This document shows, piece by piece, positions 51,706 through 64,000 of a stretch of DNA of 64,000 nt. The notes beneath the pieces are model-generated. The model was not told the origin of the DNA. It did no database searches and saw only the letters and a program-made list of their open reading frames with translations. The first letter of the stretch is position 1, and every line of letters starts with the position of its first letter. Where the stretch lies: contig NC_043005.1 of the NCBI RefSeq assembly GCF_006345805.1, positions 93,124,001 through 93,188,000 on the forward strand. Direction: 5' to 3'. The position numbers were made by a program, and so were the translations under genes. This DNA is from Octopus sinensis. Lineage: Eukaryota.

Positions 51706-54219
51706 GTAAGCATCCTTTTATTTGTTGTTAAAACCAGAATAAAAACAAACAAAAAAAAAAGAGAGAAAGAGATAAAAAATAAAGGCATTTTAGGCACCTT
51801 CTGACTTTTTTTGGGCTTGCATTTCCAATTTTACAATAGCATGATTTTGTGTGGAACTAGTCTGGCAATCTGAACCCGTTAGGGATTTCAGCTAACCCCT
51901 GTTTGCAGTATTTCATCTACTTTTCTATAAGCATGACCCAAAACTTTCAATTGTCTAATTCTTTTTTTTTTTTTTACCTGAAATCACATGTATACAGCTT
52001 ATACTGTTTGTTGTAACAGCAATTACTGAAATAATAACATCTTCATTTCATTCTCTTCTTCTCTTTCATCATGCACATATTGTATTTGTACATACATATA
52101 CACAACTGTACTTGCATACACATTCTCATATGCATATATGTATTTATACTCAAATACGCAAAAATAAATATTTTAATTCAACTTATGCTGAAAGTCATCC
52201 GAGTTTCATGGCTGGTCGCCAACAGATTTTTCTGCAAAATATGGATAGTTTATCCTGTTCATCCTATATTATTAGCATTATCTTGCGTTTGCTAATAAAA
52301 TTATTTCCTTATCTGTATCTTTAAATATTTTAATGTTTATTTTTATATGAAGTTATGTATTAAAACAATTTAATGTTAACTGAAGGATCACTTGATACCT
52401 TTTAGTAGAGTAACAAATTTTGGAAGAAAAAAAGGTTGATAATGACTGCAGTTTTGGCTTACTAGTTGTCTGGAGACTAGAACTACAAGTGAGGTGAAAC
52501 TTTGAAGTCACTGGCAAACTGTTACTTGTAAACACACACACACACACACACACAGAAATAAATAAATAAAAGTGCCTAGTTATGAAATTAATGTTTCCCT
52601 TGATTTAGAGAGGACCAAGAGATATAAATATTAATGGATAATTTTATTTTTTCAACTCTATATTGTGGTTAATCAAGTTTAAAATAAACTTTTTACATAT
52701 TCTCTTTTTCTTTGTATGTATTTTATTTTTTAGCATTTGTAATTTTCTTCTGCTGCCAGACAAAACACTTTAAAAAAAAAATTTTCAAGTATTTAAAAGC
52801 ATCCTCTCATTGTTAGTATTGCCACTTTTCAAAAATATTTTGCTTTCTAACATGCCTTATTTTATATATTTTTTTAATTGCCATTCTGGGGGAAAATGTT
52901 TTTTTCTCTATGTACTTGAAGTCCCCTACAGGCTGACTGGATGAAAGGTTGTCGACCATTGGCTTTGATATTTTGTTCTCCTGTTTCAGATTTTGGGGTT
53001 GGTTGAGAGGCAAGACAGTTTATTCTCCTTTTTTGCTTTTCGTTTCTGCTGCTCACCAAAAAATAAAGCTTTGATGCACTCACTTTGAATTTGGATTAAG
53101 TTGTTCCTCACCTTGTTACCAAAATTAGACTAACATTTTAATTCAGCATAAGAACAGCAGTTTTGAGGGAAGGGGCATTATTTGATTCCATTGACCCACC
53201 CTACCCCAAGTATTTGGCTGGTATTTCACCAACCCCAAAAGGCTGGAAGGGAAAGTGGACATCAGTGGGATGTGAGCTGATGTCAAAAACTGGAAGAAAT
53301 CATAATCATCATCATCCTACGTCCATTTTCTATGCTGGCATGGGTGGAACAGTTTGACCGGAGCTGATAAAACCAGGGGCCACACCAGGTTTCATTGTCT
53401 TTTGTAGCATAGTTTCTACAGCTGGATGTCCTTCCTAATGTTAACCACTCCACAGAGTGTACTGGGTGCTTTTTACTTGGTTTCAAATTGTGGCACAAGG
53501 CCAGAAATTTTGAATGGTGTGGATTAGTTGGAATCATTGATCCCCCCCCCCAAATATTTATCTAATTGATAAGGTAAATGTTGGTCCTGATGGAATCTGA
53601 ATTCAGAACCTAAAGAATTGGAAGAAAGGTTGTTAAGTATCTGCCACACTAACGATTCGACCAATTTGCTGGAAGAAATAATTCTTTCCTGTATTGGTAC
53701 AAGGTCTGAAGTTTTAGGGGTGGGGACTAGTTGATTGCATTGACCCCAGTGTTTCTCTGGTACTTCTTTTGTCAACCCCTAAAAGGATGAAAGGCAAGAT
53801 CAACCTCAGCAGAATTTGAACTCAGAATGCAAAGACGGATGAACTGGCACTGACCACTTTTTCCTGGGGCGCGAATGGTTCTGCCAGTTGGTCACCTTCT
53901 GCTGGAACGAAGAATGTAAGACTTATTTCTTATGAATCTGCCAGCTTAATCACCTTTATTATCATAATAATTAAAATAATACTGTTGTATTGTGGTCAGC
54001 TCCAGTTTTCGTTGGTAGAACCTGTGAAGTTGAAACATTTATGAAGTTCTGAGACAAGAAATGAAAAGAAAAAAAAAAGAAATGACAAGTAGTTCAAATA
54101 CAAACTGAGTGTAGCAAACTATAATAATACTGTGTGACTATGAAATAACTTCTTTTCAGATTATCATTGTGTTATGGCTACACAGACATACAATATAGCT
54201 ATACATACATACATTTGTA

Positions 54220-54254
<35 letters not shown>

Positions 54255-56025
54255 CTAATTGAAGTTCTGTTGAATTAGGTCCTTAAGTTGAAGTGCCAAA
54301 TCAGTCAGGTATTCCTGCAGTTGATGATGGCACTGCATTTAAATCGATGTAATGATTGCATTGATCAATTAAATGGAGCCGCTTGAAACGGTCGTACTGC
54401 ATCACTACTTGATATCCTGTTGCTTATTTTGATTATACACACACACATATATATTAACATTTCAGACTCTCTAATGAAGACTAAGCAGGTCAACATTCTT
54501 TTTGTTAAAGAATTATTTGTGTATGTATATATATAATGTAATTTCTGTGTGCCCTACTTGTACATACTCATTGTTTACAAAATAAATTGCTGCCATTTTA
54601 TGGGTCTCCTGTGAATTGTACTTGCAGCTTATAAGTAAATCTATTTTTGTCTTTAGCTCTTCCATTAAATTCCAGTTCTGTTTTCAGATTTATTCTCATG
54701 TTTACCTTTTACACCAGTTAAACATTACAGCTTCATTATGGCACAGCTTCTATTTAGGGCCAACACTGTATTTTTATGAGATGTGTATTGAAAATTACTA
54801 ATGTTCATCACTAAAACTTTATACCACATCAACAACTAATTAACAGGATTTATTTGTAATTTGTTCATAAGATTAAAAAAATATCGAAATATTCCTCAAA
54901 TTTTAAGAGTTTTAAATATATTGAATGTAATAAATATAGAAATAAATGAATATGTAATGAAACATATATATGTAACAGTGTGTATTTCCATACCACAGTT
55001 GACTAAATCCTGTATAAACAAACTGGAGTTTATTGATTTTTTGTTTGGAAAATTATGATGATAGAAACCATTTATTACTTTTAATAGGACTTAGAAATTA
55101 ATAATGTGCAATAAATTTTTTTGTGTGATCAAATTAGGCAAGTTGTTCAAATAGTAGTGTGTGTGTGTCCAATAGATTAAGAATGCATCATTTACTCTCC
55201 CTTTTTTATGTTTTTGTTTTTAGTATGTGTGTGTGTGTGCGTAATTTTGACGAGTTTATCAGACATGCGTAAATAGAAATGAATGTGTGTTTGTGTCCAG
55301 ATGAGTTGGTCTTATGATGTGATTGTAGGTTATCAGTGAGCCAAGCCTGTATTTCAACTGTTTCCCAATTAAAACATGCCTCTTGCATCACTAATTTCCA
55401 TGAAAGAGGCTGCAATGTCACAATAACCCCATCTCTTTATCCTCTTCATCCATTATCTGTACAACATGTACTCACAGGAATCTGTGTATTTTAGCTATAG
55501 AATAAGAACTGTTTTGACTTCAAAGCTGGTTTGTTTCAGGAACTGTCATCAATTAATATAACCAATGCCAAAACAGAGAAATGGTGCCTGGGCAGCTCTC
55601 CAGCCTTGCCAGCTCCTCTCAAACAGTTCAACCCATGGCAGCATGGGAAACAGATGCTAAATGATTCTTCATCATCATCATCATTGTTTAACGTCTGCTT
55701 TCCATGCTGTCATGGGCTGGACAGTTTGACGCGGCACTGTCTAACAGACAGCTATCCAGACTTCAATTGTCTGTTGTGGCATGGTTTCTATAACTGGATG
55801 CCCTTCCTAATGCCAACCACTTAACAGAGTGTGCTGGATGCTTTTATGCAGCAGTGACACGGGTACATTTACACAGTGGCAGTATAGGTGCGTTTATGCA
55901 GCACAGCGCAGGTGCTTTTTATGTAGCACCAGCACCTGAAAGGTGCTGGTGCCACATAAAAAAAAAACCTGTGCTGGTAATGCAGAAACACACCCATACC
56001 AGTGGCACATAAAAAGCATTCTCTG

Positions 56026-56078
<53 letters not shown>

Positions 56079-57169
56079 GAGAGTTAGAGGTTGGGAAACC
56101 AACCAACTAAGGGATAAGGGATAGTGCCTATCCAATATACTGCTGGTAGTGTACCCAATTATACCCAAATGCTGGTTATTGCAGGTTTTGGAACAAATAC
56201 ACACTGGAATGTCTACTGGATGATGTATGTCATTTTGTATCCTCTCCATTTTCTTATTTGCCATATATATATATTTGTATATATATGTGTGTGTGTGTGT
56301 GTATCTAGTAAATCCACTCACAAGGCTTTGCTCAGCTCAGGGTTATTGTAGAAGATGCTTGCCCCAAGATGACATGCAGTAAGACAGAACTCTGGAACCA
56401 TGTGGCTGCAAAGCAAACATCATACATCCAGGCTTTGGTCCTGTTTTATTGAGAAAGAAACCAACATGAGAATTCTTCACATGAACACTAGCTTGTGTGT
56501 GTGTGTGTGTGTGTGGTATTTTGTCAGGAACAAAACCTCATTGAGGTATTTCTAATCAATGAATGGATATCTAGAGTAGAAACTTATTGCAAATGAATTG
56601 GGGGGGGGGCATCCACACCCCCTACCCGCCTTGTAAATTGGAAGATTCGTTAATTTTGTTCCAACCAGATTCTTCCAGTTAGATCAAAAAGATATTCTGG
56701 ATGAAACTGGCTGGGAATTTTCTGCCATTTAGTTAGATATTCATTATAAATGTCTTTTATTCTCTCTGATTATCATGTCTTAGTTAGATGTGCTTATTGA
56801 CTCAGAATAAAAGAATATATTCTAATTTGGCAATGTCTACTGAATCATGGAACCATCTTCAGTTATAACTTTGTACTGCAGCACTGTGTTCAATATCAAA
56901 GTTAGTTGTCTTTTTGTTGTTGTTTTTAGACTCTTCTCCTATTATGACAATGATCTCTGTTTCTTAAAAATATCCTGAATGTACAGGATCCGCTGTAACC
57001 CATTACTGCTCATCCTTGCCATCCTCACTGAGATTTACTTCCTCTACAAACCATATTTCTGTTCAACCCTTCCTTATTATGGCTGTATTTTCTTGGAAAT
57101 CTCTCCCTTTCTATAATTTTCTTTTCAGTCACCTCCCCCCCCCTCAATCACTAATATTAAACTCAGTGA

Positions 57170-57345
57170 AGGGGGGGAGCTGGCAGAATCGTTAGCACAT
57201 TGGGCAAAAATGCTTAACAGCATTTCACTTGTCTTCACCTTCTGAGTTCAAATTCTACTGAGGTCAGCTTTGCTTTTCATCCTCGAGCGCTGGGGTTCGA
57301 TGTAATTTACTTACCCGTCCCTTCGAAGTTGCTGGCCTTGTGCCA
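57170..57345 (+). mobile_element. tRNA-derived SINE family 1 (representative); piggyBac copy 3 inserted at its 3' end
   Basis: gagctggcagaatcgttagca...ttctgagttcaaattc...ctttgcttttcatcc...gctggccttgtgcca. Related copies at about 10425, 10850, 11300, 24130, 37245, 40430, 48540, 53500 and 59530. Confidence 0.75.
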
Positions 57346-57349
57346 TTAA

Positions 57350-58414
57350 CCCTTTCGTTACCAAACCGCCCAAAGCCGCCCGAAAAATATTTTGGTTTAT
57401 GAGACCAAACCGCCCAAACCCGCCCGAATTTACCTATTCATATTTAAATGAGAATATCAGAGCAAATCTCTTCAGTACATTCGTGAAAACACGTATTATA
57501 CTTCGTAAACAGTTCAACTACAGTTTTGTACAATGATCGAAGTGTAATTTTAATTCCGTGAATTTTGGGAGATTTTTTTCCGAAATTTGTTCCTATTGTG
57601 TTTTCAAAATTTGTAATTCTGACAAAAAATGGATACGAATTTCATTATATCAAGCAGCGAGTCAGAATTCGAAGGATTTTCTACTGAAGACCTTGATAAA
57701 TCTAACTCTATGACTGAAAAAAAAAAGCACATGGTATTTGATAATGAATCTAATGTTTCATTTTCCGAAAGTGAAAACAGTGAATCTGAAAACGAATTGG
57801 CACCTGAATGGAGTGAAAATTGAAAAACTGTTTCTTTCGGTGATTTTTCTGAAGAAACTGGACCAAGCCACAGACTTTCCCAGAAGGGTAAAGCCTTAGA
57901 CTATTTCTATTTACTTTTTCGAATGAGCCCATTTGAAATCATTACGACGAAAACGAACCGTTACGCTAAACGTAAACAAAGCGAAAGAAAGGATAGTTTG
58001 TTATTTCCCACAACCTTAAATGAAATTAAGACTATTTTGCCGTAAATATTATTATGGGTATCAGAAAGTTACCCAGAATAACAAATTCTATAGTAAAATT
58101 TTGTTGTATACCCAATTGAATATTAACTAATAACCCATTTTCTATAGCGATGTTTGAACAAAATTTTAATAATTTTATATTTTGTTGAATTTACCTGTAT
58201 CTACCTGCAATTAGAGTCACTTTGTGACAAAAATTATAGTATAGAATTGGTTGAGAATATTTCATTAAATTATCTTCCAAAAATCAGATTAATATATCGA
58301 TAAATAAAAAAGTTATAGTTGTTTAATGAAACCAGACTAAATTTATGATTACGTTAGAAATTAATTGAAACACATAAGGGGTGTAATTTGGTCAGAAATA
58401 TAGTAACGAAAGGG
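57350..58414 (+). mobile_element. Non-autonomous piggyBac element, 1065 bp (copy 3)
   Basis: TTAA at 57346-49 and 58415-18. Perfect CCCTTTCGTTAC TIRs. 21-bp in-frame deletion (ISDSDKE) relative to copy 1. Confidence 0.93.
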
Positions 58415-59291
58415 TTAAATTAAAATACCCATATGTGTATCATACTTAATGTATATACATTAAGGCATGATTTTGTGGTTTTTGTCTTAGAGAAAATCTT
58501 TTCATAAACATGTGTCAGTTTTCTGATATGTATTGTATTTTTAACATATATCTATGAAGACATTTTCTCTCAGACAAAAACTATGGCATCAGGCCTTTCA
58601 ACAACATATGATACACAGATGACTAATAGTAAGATCTCAATCTGAATAGAAAACCTTATTAACCTCATTAGATATCACCAATTCCCCAGTCTCAAAGAGC
58701 TACAATTACTACTCGCTTTCTTTTCATTGCTTATAGATATGTGGCCATCTCAAAAAATGTGACAGGTTTTTTTTTTTTTTTTTCTTTAAGGGACCTTAGT
58801 GGTGTATATGAAACCGTTTGAAATCACAGGCTTAGTTCACTGAAAAATGACTCTGAAACTAATCAGTGTACCCACACACCAACAAAATAAACAACAAATT
58901 GATCTTGTCGCTGTGCTCTATTTCCTTTATTTATTTTTAATTAAATCCATAATCTCTTCTTTGATTTAATCCAAAGTTCATTTTCTTTTCTATTTGTAAA
59001 TAATTATGAAACCTTTATTAGTCTCATATTCCTTAACGGATTTCGTCTCTCTCACTCTACTTATTTTTACTGCTTACTCTTCTACTGTTTTCTCTTTTCC
59101 AGAAAGTTTTCACTTTTGTTTTTTAAAAGCATTATCACTGAATAATTCATGCTTTGTTCTACATTTCAGTTGTGACGTTATTAACAGACACAACCTTTTT
59201 ATTCTAGCTGTTGATGTTCCACGTTGGAAAGTGAAAATGTCATTTGTTGTAACAACTTATTGAAAGTGTTTGTGCTGTATAAATATTCTTC

Positions 59292-59455
59292 AGTTCTTAA
59301 TTTAAGAGATTAGGAATTATGTACGTTATTTACATTTGATGGATATTTGTCCTCATCTTTTTTGTTGTTAACACAACGCTTCAGCTGGTGTACCCTCCAG
59401 CCTTCATCAGGTGTCTTGGGCAAATTTCAAACCTGGGTTCTCATTTCTAAGGCAT
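59292..59455 (-). mobile_element. Same SINE, 3' half only (copy C)
   Basis: Reverse complement of the body shared with copies A and B. Includes GACAC-CTGATGA-AGGCTG...CAGCT-GAAG-CGTT-GTGTT at 59415-59370. Confidence 0.75.
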
Positions 59456-62400
59456 TCTTTACTTTATTTTATCATTTAGTTGGAATGGTAATTGAAATGA
59501 AGTCGGTGCATTTCATTAGCAATGTGGTAACAAAATGGTCAAGAGTGTTACAGCATTGATCAATAATTTCATTATCGTTTGTGAGTTCAAATTTCACCAG
59601 GAGATCCTTTCTTCAAGTTTGAAGCTATCAGAATGGATTGATAAAATAGGTTTTAGTAATAAATTATGGCTAATTTGATCATCATCTCATTCTTTTCTTA
59701 AGAAAAATCCTTGTATTTAAATATAAATTAGTTTTGCTTCCAGTTTTCTGTCGTGACAAGCATTATCAATTTGGTTTTGATGTAATTTTAAAAGTAATAG
59801 CTGAATTAATATATTTGAATGGATATTGCATGGAGAGCAGATCAAGATACCTAGAGATGGTGGAGACAGGGACAGGGACAGGGGCAGCGGTTGCTGCTCT
59901 TATTGCTGAGAAGTTGTAACCGAGTTGTTGCTGACTGAAAGAACGGAGACTGTTTATTGGTGCCACAGAGCAGATAGAGCAAGCTTCAGTGTGCATTTGT
60001 GTTACTGTGAAGACTCTACTTGCATTTCAACAATTTGTACAGGAGGTGTACCTAACAAAAAGGAAAAAAAAAAGTTATCCAGCATTTCAGAATGTTTCAA
60101 ATTGAGTAAAACTGATGCCAAGATGAGAATTTGGTTAAGTTTGCTTTGTTATGACACATTTTTGAATTTGGTTTCACTGGGGAGCATTTTCGGCAAGTGT
60201 TTTCTACCATATCCTCAAATTGACCAAAGACTTGTGAATAAAATTTGGTAAGTGGAAACTGTGATGAAGCCTTTAGGAAGGGCTACTTCCATTCTTGGGC
60301 AATAGATCTGATTCATAATCCAATTTAACACCATCACCTGATCCTTCGCTGACTTTCGTGGTGGCGACTCTGTTGTAAGCCTTTGGATCAAGACTCCAGC
60401 TAAAGATAATTTCCTATGTTAACCCATCAGTCCCAGAAAGCCCTGAAAAGGGTTATGGGCACCACCTCTTCTCCTGATTAAGCTATTCAAAATAAAAAGA
60501 AGAAGAATGGCCTTAGTCTGTATGTGGAATTTTTGCTATGAAATGTGAGATGAATTAATAAAAACATTATCAGTAACTAAGGCAGTGGTAAATTAGTTTA
60601 AAAACATTTATTAATCTGTTCTTAATAATTCAGTATTTTTAATTGTAACTGTGCAGCTGAAATTGTTAAGAGGCTGAGAGAACTTTTTGAAGATGCAATT
60701 TTGGCAATTGCACGTGCACACACACACATACACGCACAAAACATGTTGTAATGAAGGAACGTTGCATGTTCTTCATGAACTGAAGATGGCAGATCACTTC
60801 ACAACATGTCACTCAGGTTGTTGTGAATCTTGCAAGTTTTTATTATATGAAACAGACTTTTATGACATGTTTCAAGTCAAATTTTGTTGTTGTTTAACCC
60901 CAGGCCAAGTCTAATATAGTAGATTTGTGATCAGAGGTATTCCTGTTATGTCTAGTGTGTTCTTTTTTTCTTTTTTTTTCAGTCATAATGTATCTAGGAC
61001 AACCATCTCCAATGTGTTCTTTGTTCTGGTTGGTTCAAAAAGTCTGTTGTGATTTAGGGAAGTGTTGAATAGATGCCTGTCAGTTTATAGTTGATGCTTC
61101 AGTTCTAATTCCATTAATGATGATTTTTGCTAATCATTCTCATAAAGTTCGTCAAATAAGAACTCGGATTAAATTCAGCTATTAATTATACTACACCTAT
61201 TATTAAAACTAAGTTTTGTCTCAAGGAGAAAAACTCAGTCTTCATTAGTAATTATCATTTGTCCAAATTTTCTCTGTCTCTTTCTTTTAAAAAGCTGCAA
61301 CTTATATACATTTCTCTGGAATATTCAATCTGACCACAGATTTCTTTTTTTAGGTTCTAAAATATTTTTCTTACAATTGAAGTTAACTTGTAAATGTATT
61401 AACCATTCAATAGCCATACCATGTCTGAAACTGGCAACAAGGTTAGGTTTACTCTGAGATTGAATAAAATTAAATAAATATAAACCATTTGTGTGAATTG
61501 TTTTTGTTGTTTCATATTAATATGCAGCTTGTGTATAGAGTTTGATGGATAGTTTTCAATTTCAAGCCTCCCTGCCTAACCTTTGTACACCCAGGACTCA
61601 GTTGCCTTTCCTTAGGCCTGTCCATGTAGTTGTTTTAAACAAAATACCAAGCAGCAGATTTTGGTTTAAAATCTATCACATTTTGTTAGTTTAAGTAAAT
61701 GAAAATATTTTCTTACATAGTCCGATGTATAACATATTTGAGTTAACATTCCTTTTTACTTTTAACATTTATTTCCAGCAATCCTAACCAATATTAATGA
61801 CTTATATTGTCTTTATTGAATATATTAATATTTATCTGATATATTAACACTTATCTAATATTTTTATTTATATCATCCAGGTATATTTGTGCTGCTTTGA
61901 TATTCAGCTTAACTTAAAACTTGAGATGCTCTTGTTCATTTTCATTTTATGGAATTAATAGCATTCTACCTTCTCCAGCCTTTTTGAAATTTTCTCAAAA
62001 ATGTTAACTTACTTCAGTTTAGTATTTGCATATTTTAATCATGAATTTTGTAAAAGATCAAACATCATATAGAGATAAAAACAGATGCTGTATCATAAGA
62101 GTATCATTAGCGTACGTGCTTAAATCTTCAGAACTGACTTTCTAAATGGAACATTTTGTCATTGGTTACAAATGGACAACTTCCTTGTGTTTTTTTTCTC
62201 ACCAGTGGCTGATAACGAGTTAAGCTCTATGGTTATATATTGAGCACTAATATCTGGATAAATGGTTCAGTAATTACTAGTTGAAATATCTTTTGTTTTT
62301 GAATGAGTAGTATTTATATGAATATAGTTCTATTAAAGCTTAGTCAATGTTTTAATATTTCTTAACTGGTTTAATAGTGATCTGATGATTGTATTTGAAA

Positions 62401-63559
62401 CTTCATTACTGACTTATAACTATTGCTATGGTATATTTCAACATTTCACCATTGACTTATCCATGTTTTAGCCCAACCCACATATGAATGGTGTCCTCAT
62501 TTATTACACTTAAAATCATTGGAATAACCTTTCAGCTGGTCTCTGTCAATTTAATTTGATTGATGATATATCAGGAACCTTCCCCAAACTTTTCTTATTC
62601 AATTACATTTACTGCCGCCCTGAGAATCTTCATATCAGCTATTGTTCTTTCATACAAATTGGTCTATCCTCTCTTTATTTTTTCAACAGTATCCTGGTTT
62701 CCAGTCTCTAAATATAGGCTCTTCTCTTGTTAAATACCTTCATTCATGCAACTGGCCAGTCCTTTCATGAGCTGCCATAGTACAGAGAATTAAAATTCTA
62801 GTTTCTGTAGAGTGAAGCTAATCTGGGCCATATTTAGTTCCTAAACTGGTTCATACAAATTTTAGAACTAATAAAGCTAAGTTAAGAAATGTTAACAATA
62901 CTGTGACATTTGCTACAGCTTAATCTTAACCTTTTCAATACCAACTGAACTGAGTCTGCCCCAATTTCCTGTTTTCAAGTGATCGAAATTAAAATCTTCC
63001 TTCAAGATTTCCTACTAATTTATGTTCCAAACACCAGCTTAATAACGACCAAAGTCATTTTATTAAATTCATTATCTTCAAAATTAATCGAAACAAAAGT
63101 ATTGCATTTCAACAGAAATGTGGTAAGACAAGCATTAATATGGTAGGCATTCTTGAGACGTAAGCCTTGTTGTTGATATCAAACTCAACATTTATGCTTT
63201 AGTGATTTGCCATTTTAACATATGGTAGCACATAAGTGAAAAATATTTAGAGCTGATATAACTTGATACTCTCTCTCTCATCTCATTCGATACCCTGACC
63301 CCAATGTTTGTTTTGTCTGTCCTTGTATCATCCCCTCTTTTTCTCAACCTTATGGTGAATAAAGAAATACTCTCTCTCTCTCTCTCTGTTTCTCTTTATT
63401 TTTAAAACTATTATAAATTATTTTAAATATTTGCATATGATGCTAATGATGTTGGCAGTGATGATGTTGAATCTATAGATTTGCAATCTGTTGGATTCTA
63501 TATTATTGTGGTGTGTGTGGATTTGTGCATGTATAAGCTATGCTCATGTATGTGTGTTC

Positions 63560-64000
63560 TGTTGTCAAAGGTTACTCCTCAAAATATGGGGTTGGTTTAG
63601 TTTGTCTGACCTGATAGGTTTGAAGGTGATTTATGAATTTTCTCTGGGTTAGAAATCCTCACCCACTTGAAGGGTACATATAGGTGTGTTTGGTGTTTGG
63701 CATATTGGCAGCTGTAGCTTTGTACAGGGAACACTTGCTCTTAGCAGCAGCATTTCTTATGTTTTTTGCTGTTTTGGTACCATTGTAAGTCTGGCTACAT
63801 AATTTGTATTGGTTTTGGACAAGCAATCACAATGTTGAGGTTATTAACGGCTTTTAAGCGGGTCTCGAATTTTTCACTCCCATCCCCCCACCTATATGCC
63901 CAGGCCATTTCACCTGCATGGAGCATGCTGGTTATTGAATAACTTGGGATGTTGGTTTGCTGAGGTACTCCGGTGAATGTGCAGGATGCTGTGGAGACAC
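63560..64000 (-). mobile_element. Highly decayed Penelope-like remnant (tentative)
   Basis: Only scattered motifs on the minus strand (HPKLFN, KSKCSL-YKAT, KFINH). No continuous frame. Confidence 0.25.

Overview
This is AT-rich, microsatellite- and SINE-dense animal genomic DNA. The repeat landscape resembles a coleoid cephalopod such as Octopus (inference only). There is one 100-N scaffold gap at 2185-2284. The only host gene I can support is a + strand class IIa histone deacetylase (HDAC4-like). Four GT-AG, phase-consistent coding exons lie at 38177-38403, 44713-44821, 47086-47200 and 51587-51705. They encode the Gln-rich helix, the MEF2-binding motif and the RKT half of the first 14-3-3 site. 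The gene continues beyond the window and its first exon(s) are uncertain; a candidate lies at 15886-15963. Nearly everything else is intron filled with mobile DNA: a decayed Penelope-like element (RT + GIY-YIG), a roughly 3.7-kb TA-rich array, RTE and other LINE remnants, a defective mariner with perfect TIRs, three 1.07-kb non-autonomous piggyBac copies, two piggyBac-type MITE families and several SINE families. The most interesting signals are (i) an intact minimal type-I hammerhead ribozyme beside the Penelope ORF, (ii) a tRNA-headed SINE whose three copies give a hammerhead consensus and show Penelope-style inverted ends, and (iii) near-identical kb-long piggyBac copies in opposite orientation bracketing the MEF2-binding exons. 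Coordinates were counted by hand; no database searches or folding programs were run.
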